Under the pieces are notes generated by a model. The model saw only the letters and a program-made list of their open reading frames with translations. It was not told the DNA's origin and ran no database searches. A program made the position numbers and the translations under genes. A stretch of DNA of 64,000 bases from Candidatus Omnitrophota bacterium (GTDB lineage: Bacteria; Omnitrophota; Gorgyraeia; Gygaellales; Profunditerraquicolaceae). The stretch covers positions 173,403-237,402 of the forward strand of contig VGKG01000001.1 in the NCBI GenBank assembly GCA_016867115.1, read 5' to 3'. Positions 36,534 through 45,769 of the stretch are shown piece after piece. The number at the start of each line of letters is the position of its first letter. The first letter of the stretch is position 1.

Positions 36534-37300
36534 TAATCCTCCTCCTCTTTATTGCATTCGCTGCTAGAGATGACTCCCGAGTTACTTATGGTAAATACCT
36601 TTTCTCCGGTCACTCCGCACGAAGCAGGGCTGGCAGTGATCTTATAGCCGCCCTGGTCAAACTCTTCGCTGAAAGAATAACCTCTCGTGGTCCGGTCATT
36701 GTAAGCTTCCGGAAGATACCCCTGGGTGGTAAGATCGAGCTCGCTTTGGGGATACCTGCCTTCGTGCTTGCCCGCGTAACTTTCTGCAGCCGCAGCGATC
36801 TCCTTTAATATTGCCTGTGCAGACGCCTCATTGGCATTGAGCCTTGCCCTTAAGAGATTGGGAATGGCGATGGCAGCGAGTATGGCTATGAAAAGAATCG
36901 CAAAATAAAACATGGCTATGCCGATGACCGCGGCAATAATGCAGCCGGATCTGGGCTTACGGGTGATTACTCCCTGCCGGATCTTTTTGGCGGTGGCGTA
37001 GGCATCAAAGATGCCGATGATCCAGGGAATTATCAGCCAGCCGGTAAAAAATATGAGCAGCCCCTTGCCGGGCTGGCCGTTGTAGATCTGGCCGAGGCCT
37101 GCGATCACAAAACTTAAGATCGCAGCCAGAGACGGAGAGTGCTCCGCTTCCCTTGTTTCTCCTGTTCCGGTCTTGGCGGCTATACAATCCCGGCAATAAT
37201 TCTCGCCTGCCAGCTGCATCTGGCATTCCGGACAGATGCTCTTTCCGCAGCGGTTGCAGAGTGCGCCGGCAGCGCGGGCAGGATGATTTACGCATTTCAT
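36533..37300 (-). CDS. Zinc-ribbon + TM2-domain + type IV pilin-like domain fusion protein.
   Basis: 255 aa. N-terminal Cys-rich ribbon (CVNHP...CNRCGKSICPECQ...CRDC). A TM2-like segment (LSFVIAGLGQIYNGQPGKGLLIFFTGWLIIPWIIGIFD). Then a pilin-like alpha1 helix (ILAAIAIPNLLRARLNANEASA) and a globular C-terminus with a Cys pair. There is no canonical G/FTLIE prepilin cleavage site. Confidence 0.5.
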   Translation of the reverse strand: MKCVNHPARAAGALCNRCGKSICPECQMQLAGENYCRDCIAAKTGTGETREAEHSPSLAAILSFVIAGLGQIYNGQPGKGLLIFFTGWLIIPWIIGIFDAYATAKKIRQGVITRKPRSGCIIAAVIGIAMFYFAILFIAILAAIAIPNLLRARLNANEASAQAILKEIAAAAESYAGKHEGRYPQSELDLTTQGYLPEAYNDRTTRGYSFSEEFDQGGYKITASPASCGVTGEKVFTISNSGVISSSECNKEEED

Positions 37301-38385
37301 CAGAACACCTCCGTCTTTAACGGGGACCTGAAAAGGTCATACCGGGGATCCAGCCGGCCGATGAACTTGACGCTTAAGACCCGTAAGAGCACCGAAAAAG
37401 GCAGGTAGAGGGAAGTCAGGCAAAAGATCACAGAGCCGGCCAGCGGCACGCAGAAGAATATTAAAAAGACAAAATAAAGGAGGCGTAAGCCCGCGGGTGT
37501 GGCAAGGTACAAGAGATAAAAGACAAGCGTAAGAATGCCGGCGGGAATAATCAAGCCGATCATCGCCATAAAAGCAATGATTCCGGAGACGAATGAAGCG
37601 ACCAGCTGCACCGCGATCCTGAGGAGGATGAACTTAAGGAACTCTCCCTTATTCGCCTTAAAGAGCAGGGTAAACCTCTGCCAGGCCTCCTTGATCCTGA
37701 CGCCTTCTGCGTACATTATCGGCAGAAGGAAATCGCGGGCGATCAGAGAAATGACGCCGTAGATGACTGCCAGAATGATGAAAATGAGTATGGCCGGGAA
37801 GAAGGGGGCCAGGAACTTGAATGCCGCTTGCGGCGCGGGAGAAATGAAGGCGCCCGACTCAAACAGCATGTAGATGAACGCCGCCACCAGCGCTCCGAAG
37901 AGGAAGAGAAAAATCGTTGCTAACGCCAGGGAGAATAAGAAGAACGAATTCCCTGCCTGTTTATTTTCTCTAAAGGGCGCTTTTATCGAGGCGTCGTTTT
38001 TGACAACATCTTCAAGAAATACAAAAGCGAAACGGCATGATAGCCACAAGGAAAGGATGAGCAGGAAAATAACGGAGATGATGCCGGTAGCGATCAGGCT
38101 TAAAGTAAGAGGGTTATTTATCTTTTCCCAGAACTTTTTAAATTCCTCTTTCGGCGAGGCCTGGGTCCCCTGGGTAGCGGGTGCAGGTTTTGAAACCTGA
38201 GTCTCCTTCTCCCTGCCCTGCTCAGGCACGGGGGGAAGGCGGAAGTTAAACCCACCCCCGATCAATGCCCCGGCCAGGATAGCTATAAACGTAAGCAGGA
38301 ACCATTTTTTAGGGCTAAACGGCCGCAAGAGTATGCCGGCCGTCCGCTCTACAGAGGCATTGAATATCTCACTGAATCTCACCAT
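37300..38385 (-). CDS. Hypothetical polytopic membrane protein.
   Basis: 361 aa with 6 or more predicted TM helices. First gene of the three-gene membrane operon, with overlapping stop/start junctions. Confidence 0.4.
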   Translation of the reverse strand: MVRFSEIFNASVERTAGILLRPFSPKKWFLLTFIAILAGALIGGGFNFRLPPVPEQGREKETQVSKPAPATQGTQASPKEEFKKFWEKINNPLTLSLIATGIISVIFLLILSLWLSCRFAFVFLEDVVKNDASIKAPFRENKQAGNSFFLFSLALATIFLFLFGALVAAFIYMLFESGAFISPAPQAAFKFLAPFFPAILIFIILAVIYGVISLIARDFLLPIMYAEGVRIKEAWQRFTLLFKANKGEFLKFILLRIAVQLVASFVSGIIAFMAMIGLIIPAGILTLVFYLLYLATPAGLRLLYFVFLIFFCVPLAGSVIFCLTSLYLPFSVLLRVLSVKFIGRLDPRYDLFRSPLKTEVF

Positions 38386-38398
38386 TAAGCAGTCTATC

Positions 38399-38989
38399 CT
38401 ATGGCTTTATCTGCCACTCGTATCTGCCGCTTGAATCGACAAAGGCTTCGATGGGGGTGCCTGAAGGCGCATTATCCTGCAGCCGCTTGGCGTAGATCTT
38501 CTGCACCTCATCCACGGAAGTATTGTTCTTCTTCGCGATCGAAGCGTAGATCGCCATGCGGTCGCTGTTTTCTGCGCTGACTAATCCGCGGGTGCCAGGG
38601 CTTGCCTCGCCGGACTTACGGACCTGCACTAATCCGGATCTATCCTCTCCCACTATTCCGCGCGCCTGAAGGGAGTTCAACTCCGCTAATCTGTCGCGGC
38701 GCCTCAGTGCCGCGGCCTCAACCTCGGGGCTGAGCGCTTCTTCGGCAAAAGCGACCCCGGCCAGATGCAGCCAGCTTGAATTGCCGCCCTTCTTTGCCTT
38801 TTCCTGAGCAGCGCCTCCGGAAACGATGTCTTCGATAGCGTCGATATCCTTTTGCACGTGCTGATAAATATCCAGGCGCATGGTGATATCCACTTTGATC
38901 GGTTTTTCCGGCGCTTCAACCTTCACGCGCGCGCAACCGAGGCTAAACACCGCCGTAAGGAAAACTGCCAAAAAAAGCGTCCTCATCAC
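38399..38989 (-). CDS. YdbL-like (DUF1318) lipoprotein.
   Basis: 196 aa. Lipobox (SLGC) and a C-terminal YdbL-like region (MAIYASIAKKNNTSVDEVQKIYAKRLQ). Confidence 0.6.
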   Translation of the reverse strand: MMRTLFLAVFLTAVFSLGCARVKVEAPEKPIKVDITMRLDIYQHVQKDIDAIEDIVSGGAAQEKAKKGGNSSWLHLAGVAFAEEALSPEVEAAALRRRDRLAELNSLQARGIVGEDRSGLVQVRKSGEASPGTRGLVSAENSDRMAIYASIAKKNNTSVDEVQKIYAKRLQDNAPSGTPIEAFVDSSGRYEWQIKP

Positions 38990-40131
38990 TACTCCCCCTT
39001 TCCTAAATTAAAATCATGCAGCACTACGGTAAGATTGCGTTTCCCCTTTTCTCCCTCCATAGCCAGATTGAAGCTCAGGTCCTTCTTCTCAAGGCCCATC
39101 TGCAAAGTACCCATATTATAATGGTAATCCTTGAAACTTTCCACAAGTATATCCAGCGACTGTCCGGACCTGCGCGCGGTCTCCTCCAGGAACCCGGTGT
39201 CCTTGACTACGAACATCCCTCCCGGTTCATCTGCGGCGAACTGGCCGCTTAAGACCTTTAAGTCAGCTCCCTTGCCGGAAAGCTCGACCGTTCCGCTCAA
39301 TTTACCCGTCGCCTCGACTTTCTCCTTCAGCTCAAAGTCATTGATAAAGGCGGCGGTGTCCAGGCCTTTGAATTTCAGGCGGGCAAGATATTCTCCCTGC
39401 CGGTCGGCCCTGAACTCAATACTTCCTTCGACTTTTCCGTCCAGCAGTTCAGCCGAAAGAGGATCAAGGAATAGGCCCCGTTGATCTAAGATCAAGCTGC
39501 TTTTGATCTCTTTTATCCTGGCCTTATTGTATTTGGCCAGCGGTATATAAAGACTGCCGCTCTTGTCCCGAGCAGGAAACACTAAAGAGCCTCTTTCAAG
39601 ATGTACTCCGAAGGCGTCAAGATTGTCTACCTTAAGGTCAAGGTTATCTAATCTTAACCCGGCAAGGTCAAGCCCTAAAGAGGCGCTGCCGGCAAGAGAG
39701 ACATCCTTTGATTTTAAATCCAAGGCCAGGCCCGATAGCTTAAAAGATTTGACGGAAAATATGCCCGGGGATTTCAGGTAAAAGTTTTCCCCGAACTCCA
39801 GGATGCTCTTCTTCGGCGTCCTGATCCTGATATCCAGGCCATTTAATGAGACCTCTCTGATCCTTCTTGCGATGAGCGAAAGCGGGTTAAAGCGGATCCT
39901 TATTTCCTTGACCTTAAAATCGTAAGTTTCACCGCGGGTGATCTCAAGATCAAAAAAGTCAAGTTCGCTAAGCGGTTTTAAAACTGCGCGGCCGATAGAG
40001 ACCCTGCTCTGCGTAAATACGGCTTTTAATTGCTTTTCGGCGATGAAAGTGATCAGCGGCCGGGTAAAGACAGCTGCGGCGCCGGCCAGGGCCAGGAAGA
40101 TTATTATAGATATCAGAATCGTCCGTTTCAT
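38989..40131 (-). CDS. AsmA-like/YdbH-like envelope protein.
   Basis: 380 aa. N-terminal anchor followed by repetitive beta-rich sequence. Its adjacency to the YdbL-like gene mirrors the E. coli ydbH-ynbE-ydbL arrangement. Confidence 0.45.
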   Translation of the reverse strand: MKRTILISIIIFLALAGAAAVFTRPLITFIAEKQLKAVFTQSRVSIGRAVLKPLSELDFFDLEITRGETYDFKVKEIRIRFNPLSLIARRIREVSLNGLDIRIRTPKKSILEFGENFYLKSPGIFSVKSFKLSGLALDLKSKDVSLAGSASLGLDLAGLRLDNLDLKVDNLDAFGVHLERGSLVFPARDKSGSLYIPLAKYNKARIKEIKSSLILDQRGLFLDPLSAELLDGKVEGSIEFRADRQGEYLARLKFKGLDTAAFINDFELKEKVEATGKLSGTVELSGKGADLKVLSGQFAADEPGGMFVVKDTGFLEETARRSGQSLDILVESFKDYHYNMGTLQMGLEKKDLSFNLAMEGEKGKRNLTVVLHDFNLGKGE

Positions 40132-41175
40132 CTAAATAAGGCCTTTCCTTGCGGCGCAGGAGACAGCCGTTCCCTCAACCGAAAAAATCTTCCCGAAAAA
40201 TAATTCGCAGACCCAGAGATTCGTCTTGGCATGGAGGCTAAGGATACTTGTCTTTATCCTGCCGCCAAGGAGGCTCATCCAGGGGATGAGGTTATCCGCA
40301 AGATGCATGTCGCAGGCTGCGCCTGAATCTATCTCGCCGATCAATTTTTCTGCCGCCTCTCTGCCAACGTCTTCCGCGCGCTTCTTTAATTCTCCCCGGG
40401 CATCTGACCAGAGGATGGCGCCGCTATCCGTGGGCGCGTAAAGATTTATTTCGGAGCCCGGGGAGAGTGTCTGGGCGTATTCAGGGCTTATTTCGGGGAT
40501 AATGTTATATTTTTCCGCAAGGGCCTTGCGCGCAGCCTCAGCCTGCCTCTCTGCGACCCGCCTCTCTTTAAGCCGCTCGGAAGCCAGGCTTATCCCCTTT
40601 ATAAAGGTAAGCCTGCCCTGTTCAATAAGAGAGAGCTCTTTCGGCGCTTTTATTCCTTTTATTCTTACCCTCACTTCTCCGCCGCCTTTAGGATAATACC
40701 CCCTTTTCAAGACATCTAACTCTGCCTCTAAACCGGAACTCTTTAATACGGGGAAAACTACCAGAGGATAATAATCTACCGGGACAGCGCCCAGTCCGGC
40801 AGTCCCTCCTTTAATGCGTAAGGTGAGGGTATCTGCGCGAAAGGCCGCCACCAAAAGCAGGGTCTGCAGGAATAAGCCGGCGGCAGCCGAAGTCTCCAGA
40901 TCCACTTCCAATTCTTTTTCCTCGATCGACCTAAGCTTTGGGATGAAGGTGATCTCTTTTGAGTTAAGCATAAGGCCGGCGGCCTCTGCCTGAAAGAGCC
41001 TGACCAGCGTCTTAAGTATAAAAAGGTGCTGGGGCTTGAGCCCGGGTTTAGGGCGCCTTGAGCGGATATTAAAAACGCGGACTGGCTCATGCAGGATGCA
41101 GGACAGGCTTAAGGCCGTCCTTAAGATCTGGCCTCCGCCTTCCAGGGTATCTGCGGCAATCTCGATCATCAGCAA
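40132..41175 (-). CDS. rtcA: RNA 3'-terminal phosphate cyclase.
   Basis: 347 aa. N-terminal RtcA signature (GGGQILRTALSLS). No rtcB or rtcR is adjacent. Confidence 0.85.
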   Translation of the reverse strand: MLMIEIAADTLEGGGQILRTALSLSCILHEPVRVFNIRSRRPKPGLKPQHLFILKTLVRLFQAEAAGLMLNSKEITFIPKLRSIEEKELEVDLETSAAAGLFLQTLLLVAAFRADTLTLRIKGGTAGLGAVPVDYYPLVVFPVLKSSGLEAELDVLKRGYYPKGGGEVRVRIKGIKAPKELSLIEQGRLTFIKGISLASERLKERRVAERQAEAARKALAEKYNIIPEISPEYAQTLSPGSEINLYAPTDSGAILWSDARGELKKRAEDVGREAAEKLIGEIDSGAACDMHLADNLIPWMSLLGGRIKTSILSLHAKTNLWVCELFFGKIFSVEGTAVSCAARKGLI

Positions 41176-41228
41176 AAAGGCCGGATCTTTTTTATAAAAG
41201 ATCCGGCCCTCCCATGATTTTATTCCTT

Positions 41229-42221
41229 TTAGATCTTTATCTCGATCCTGAACTCGGAATACGGCCCGTTTTCCAGCTCCACCTTTCCGGTATCCTTGTC
41301 CCTGTACCTCAAATAGCGGCCGAATGTGCCGCCGCCGGAAACAGAGGCCTGGATATTATTGTTGATCTTGTATTGCAACCCTGCGCCTGCATAGGCATCG
41401 TTGTATTTCAATACCTGGTCTTTATAGATGCCTTTGGTGATCTGGTATTCGCCGAAGTTGAATCCCCCTTCGCCGAAAAGCGTCAGGCGGTCATTCAATT
41501 TATAAGCGACATACGGCCTTTTGGGCACGATATTAAAGGTGAGCCTGTCGTTGGCTTTATAAATAAAACCGAGTATGGGAAGGATCTCGCTGTCATAACC
41601 GGGCCGTACCGCCACACCCGCCACCAGGGTCAACTTGTCGTTGGGCTGATGGATCAGGAAGGTCTGCACCGGGATGCGGAAGGCCGAGGAATCAAAGCTG
41701 TAGTCGTCGGAATAAAAAGAGGGATTGACGGCAAAGCGCCAGTAAGTCTTATCCACATTAAAAAAGGGAAAGGTGGTCTCTATGCCGAGGCTCAGGCCCG
41801 AAAGATGCGAAGGCAGCCTCACCGCGGTTGTATTATCGATGCTGATATATTCGTGGTTAAGGGAAAACTCGACGGGCAGCCTTCCGAAGGCCTTAAAGGT
41901 ATAGTTAAAGTCCTCTTCGGTGCGCATCAGGGTGACGTCCCCGCCCTGGTTCTGGGCGTCGACAGAAGGCATATAGCGAAAGTAGGAATCGATATCCCAG
42001 GGCAACTCTTCCTCTTCGGTGATGATCTCCCGCTCTTTCCTGCGGTATTCGGGGATCAGCCTGACTTCAGGAGTGGCGGCCTCTGCCTGCGCCTGAGCCA
42101 GGACCTGCTCCTGCGCATCCTCACGGCTAGGGGCTTCCGCCCTCAGGGAAGCGGCAAAAAGGATGGCGAACATAAATATGACAAAGACGCTTAATAGGGC
42201 CTTCATGGTAATTTTACGCAT
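41229..42221 (-). CDS. Putative outer-membrane beta-barrel protein.
   Basis: 330 aa. Signal peptide, then alternating amphipathic beta-strand pattern rich in aromatic and Gly residues, and a C-terminal aromatic-rich strand. Confidence 0.45.
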   Translation of the reverse strand: MRKITMKALLSVFVIFMFAILFAASLRAEAPSREDAQEQVLAQAQAEAATPEVRLIPEYRRKEREIITEEEELPWDIDSYFRYMPSVDAQNQGGDVTLMRTEEDFNYTFKAFGRLPVEFSLNHEYISIDNTTAVRLPSHLSGLSLGIETTFPFFNVDKTYWRFAVNPSFYSDDYSFDSSAFRIPVQTFLIHQPNDKLTLVAGVAVRPGYDSEILPILGFIYKANDRLTFNIVPKRPYVAYKLNDRLTLFGEGGFNFGEYQITKGIYKDQVLKYNDAYAGAGLQYKINNNIQASVSGGGTFGRYLRYRDKDTGKVELENGPYSEFRIEIKI

Positions 42222-42278
42222 TGTCTCCTCCTCTGTAAAAATAGCTATAACGCTTTGTATTATGGCACGTTATGAGCT

Positions 42279-43313
42279 TTAAGTCAACTGAAATCTTGCC
42301 CCTTCCGTAAACTTGATGATCTGATTCATCATCCTGACTGTCTCAGCCGGGTATTTCCCGGCAGCCGTCTCTGCGGAAAGCATCACAAAATCCGAGCCGT
42401 CTAAAATGGCATTCGCCACATCCGTGACTTCGGCGCGGGTCGGCCGGATGTGCTCGGTCATGCTCTCAAGCATCTGGGTGGCGGTGATCACGAACCTTTT
42501 TGCGCGGTTGCACTTACGGATGATCCGCTTCTGCATCACGGGTATCTCGTATATCGGAAGGGAAACTCCCATATCCCCGCGGGCGATCATGATCCCGTCA
42601 CAGACCTCGATGATCTCGTCGATATTCTTTATGCCCTGACGGTTCTCGATCTTGGCAATGATCTTGCAATCAGGATGCGCCTCCCCGAGCATTTGCCGGA
42701 TCGGCAGGATATCCGAGGCATCCCGGACAAATGACTGCGCGATATAATCCACCCCATGCCTTATGCCGAAGTGAATATCCTCTCTATCCTTATCCGTCAG
42801 GCCCTTGAACTTAAGGCTTACGTCCGGGATATTTACTCCCTTATGCTCCTTCAGGACTCCGGGAACAAGCACCTCTGTCTCGATGATCTTTGAGCCACTT
42901 CTCTTCACCAGGAGCGCGATGTATCCGTCGTCGATAAAGATGTGCCTGCCTTTCTTTATCGCCTTCAGGTCTCCTTCGTAATCAAAGGGAATGACTGCGC
43001 CGTCCCCGACAATCTTCTCCCTGGTCAGGAAGAGCCTCTGCCGCTTTTTTAAAGGGATGCCGGACTCGGGCTTTAATTCTCCGATGCGGATGCGGTAACC
43101 CTCCAGGTCCTGCAGGATGCGGATGCGGCGGCGGTACTTCCTGTTCAGCTTACGGATCATTTCTATGCGTTTTAAATGTTCGGGATGGCTTCCGTGCGAA
43201 AAGTTAAGCCGCGCCACATCCATGCCGCAAAGCATCATCTTGCGTAAGACCGTCTCATTCCCGCTTACCGGCCCGATAGTACAGATGATCTTTGTCTTTG
43301 CCGTCTTTTTCAT
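42279..43313 (-). CDS. pyk: Pyruvate kinase, A+B (barrel) domains only; the C-terminal effector domain is absent.
   Basis: 344 aa. PK signatures ([31 protein letters not shown]). The protein ends just after the A-domain C-terminus (...TEGARFQLT*). No ORF for a C-domain lies downstream. Confidence 0.8.
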   Translation of the reverse strand: MKKTAKTKIICTIGPVSGNETVLRKMMLCGMDVARLNFSHGSHPEHLKRIEMIRKLNRKYRRRIRILQDLEGYRIRIGELKPESGIPLKKRQRLFLTREKIVGDGAVIPFDYEGDLKAIKKGRHIFIDDGYIALLVKRSGSKIIETEVLVPGVLKEHKGVNIPDVSLKFKGLTDKDREDIHFGIRHGVDYIAQSFVRDASDILPIRQMLGEAHPDCKIIAKIENRQGIKNIDEIIEVCDGIMIARGDMGVSLPIYEIPVMQKRIIRKCNRAKRFVITATQMLESMTEHIRPTRAEVTDVANAILDGSDFVMLSAETAAGKYPAETVRMMNQIIKFTEGARFQLT

Positions 43314-45769
43314 CAGTTCCCCAAAAGTACGTCCTTGAGGCTGCGGATGATGTTGCCTACCGCGGTCCTGAACTTGTACTTTGGCTCCTTTAGCGTGCCG
43401 CTGATCCTGATCTCGGCGAACTTGTCCGCCTTTCCGACGATCGCCGTGGCGATATCCTTGAAAGTCCCGGTCAGAGGGACCATCTCATCCAGGATATGCA
43501 CGTCCAGGACCGCATCGATGGCACCGTCAAACCCCAGCCTCACCGGTCCGGTCAGCTCACAGATGTTGCTCTTAAGAGTGAGGTTCTCGGTAGAAATACT
43601 TCTGTCAGCGACAATAAAATCGCTGAAGCCCTCATTAAAGACGATGCTGGCGAAATCTTTGGCAAAAAGAAAGGAACCCAGCCCCTTGAAAAGATTCAAC
43701 TGCCAGAGCCTGCCTTCAGTGATAGTGACCCTGCCGCTGCCACTGGATGCCCCGAAGTCCCTGGCGTCTCCGGCGGCATTAAAGCTGGCATTCACCAGCC
43801 CTGCGATATCCTTATCCCTGATCGGCGTATCGTTCTTCAGTTTCTCGATCCTCACGCCGCTAATATCGGCGGATAAACTAAATGACGGCTCAGCCCCGAG
43901 GCCTAATTTTCCCTGCGCCTGCACTTTTCCGTCATAAAAGTTAAAGCTCAAAAAGGGGACCTCCAGCAGATCATCGTGCTGGTTAAGGTACAAAGACAGA
44001 TCCCTGGCAGTCAGGCCGTAGAGAGAAACTTCGGGCCCTGTGATCCTGGCATCCAGAAGGACGGTCTTAAGGTCCCCGGCATTGCCGCTTAATTTAAGCT
44101 CGGCGCGCACTTTGCCTTTGAGTTTCAATTTGTCGAGCGTCTCTTTATATTTCTTAAACGCCCTGCCTAAGTCTTCTGTATCCAGGTCCAGGTAGCCGGT
44201 GAGGTTCAGTTTTGACGGCTCAAGTTTTAAAGCGCTTCCGGTGAGGTTAAATTGAGAACTCAGGTAACGGCCGGTGAACCTTGAAAAATCCACCCTCTCA
44301 TCTCCCACCGTAAAACTTGATTCCAGGGATAAGTCTTTTGATGCCAGGGTAAGATGCACGGCGGGGTTTTTAGGATTTACGGCTTCTCCGCTTGAGCGGT
44401 AAGATACTCCCTGGTAAATAAAACTCAGCCTCGGCCAATTTAGCGCGTCTTTGGCGAACTCTATGCGGCCGCTGATATTCTCAAAAGGCGCTGCAGCCTT
44501 CTCAAGCCTGGCTAGCGCTCCGGAAACCTCCAGCGCTCCGGTAACCTGGAACTTACCTTCGGGATTCCTGATGGCTACGAAGACACTGCCGCTGCCGCTC
44601 ATCTCCCCGGGAAAATTAAACTTCATTTTTTCTTTCAGCAGTGCCTTTGCCTGGGCAAGAGTAAGGGTGGTAGTGATATTGACATCCAGGCTAGGCTTTG
44701 CGAAATTACGCATCGAACCCCGCGCCAGGACAGGCAGGCCCCAGATCTCTGCCCGCAGGTTATCGGAAAAGATCCCGGAATTATTGAAGGTGATCTCGCC
44801 GTTAATGCCGCTTACGTCTCCGGCAAGCCCCAGGCCCAGTATCCGCGAGGCAAAGACCCTGGCTTTGGCGGAAAAACCGAAACCCTTGTCTTTAGTCACA
44901 TACTGAAGATTAGCGGCGATCTCGGAGTTTATCCCGTAGGTGGTATTCCCTGTAAGGAAAGTGATATCTTTATTCTGTGTGCCGATGCCGGCATAAAGTA
45001 TGCCGTCCTCAAGCTCCAGGTTCACCAGCGCGTTGATCAGTCCGCCGGAAAAAACGACCCCGGAGTTCCGGTAATACTCGGCGAAATACAGGGGCGAGAG
45101 GTCCCTGACAGCGGCCCTTGCCTTAAGATGCTTACCCGGAATCCTGTATTCGCCTGCCAGGGCCAGATGCGTTCCTGCGTTGTCGCCGGTCAGCGCTTTC
45201 AGGCTGAATCTTACGCTTGCCGGCAGTGCAAGGCTCATATTTAAATCCAAATCCTTCAGCTCCTTGACCGCCGGCTCGGCTAACTTTGAATCTTTGAATT
45301 GGACATAGGCATTACGCACGCTCACCCGGTAAATATAGACATTAAACTCCGGCTTCTCTCCTGCGGCCTTAGCCTTAGGCAGGAGCTCCTCCAGATTAAA
45401 GGTATTGTCGCTCTTACGCTCGATGAATATCCGGGGGGATTTGAATGTTACTGTGGGGATGATGACCGCTTTCTTAAAGATGGGCCAGACCAGGAAAGTG
45501 CAGGAGGACTCTTTCACGCTTAAAAAGACCTGCTTCTCGTCATAGATCAAGAGGTCCCTGAGCACCAGGCCCTTAAAGACGCTGAACTCAAGCGAATAGA
45601 GCGCCACCTCCTTGCCGGTAGCCTCTTTAAGCCTGGCAACGATCAGGGACTTGATCCGGGTAGGCAGGATCACGCTGTTCAGGTAGATGGTTGCGATACT
45701 GGCAAGCAAAACAAATACCAAAAAAAGGATAAGGAGTTTCTTTCTCAGGGAAAGGTTGAAGAAGATCAT
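43313..45769 (-). CDS. AsmA-family (AsmA/TamB-like) large envelope protein.
   Basis: 818 aa. An N-terminal TM anchor followed by a long repetitive beta-rich periplasmic region, with an AsmA_2-like C-terminus. Confidence 0.65.
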   Translation of the reverse strand: MIFFNLSLRKKLLILFLVFVLLASIATIYLNSVILPTRIKSLIVARLKEATGKEVALYSLEFSVFKGLVLRDLLIYDEKQVFLSVKESSCTFLVWPIFKKAVIIPTVTFKSPRIFIERKSDNTFNLEELLPKAKAAGEKPEFNVYIYRVSVRNAYVQFKDSKLAEPAVKELKDLDLNMSLALPASVRFSLKALTGDNAGTHLALAGEYRIPGKHLKARAAVRDLSPLYFAEYYRNSGVVFSGGLINALVNLELEDGILYAGIGTQNKDITFLTGNTTYGINSEIAANLQYVTKDKGFGFSAKARVFASRILGLGLAGDVSGINGEITFNNSGIFSDNLRAEIWGLPVLARGSMRNFAKPSLDVNITTTLTLAQAKALLKEKMKFNFPGEMSGSGSVFVAIRNPEGKFQVTGALEVSGALARLEKAAAPFENISGRIEFAKDALNWPRLSFIYQGVSYRSSGEAVNPKNPAVHLTLASKDLSLESSFTVGDERVDFSRFTGRYLSSQFNLTGSALKLEPSKLNLTGYLDLDTEDLGRAFKKYKETLDKLKLKGKVRAELKLSGNAGDLKTVLLDARITGPEVSLYGLTARDLSLYLNQHDDLLEVPFLSFNFYDGKVQAQGKLGLGAEPSFSLSADISGVRIEKLKNDTPIRDKDIAGLVNASFNAAGDARDFGASSGSGRVTITEGRLWQLNLFKGLGSFLFAKDFASIVFNEGFSDFIVADRSISTENLTLKSNICELTGPVRLGFDGAIDAVLDVHILDEMVPLTGTFKDIATAIVGKADKFAEIRISGTLKEPKYKFRTAVGNIIRSLKDVLLGN

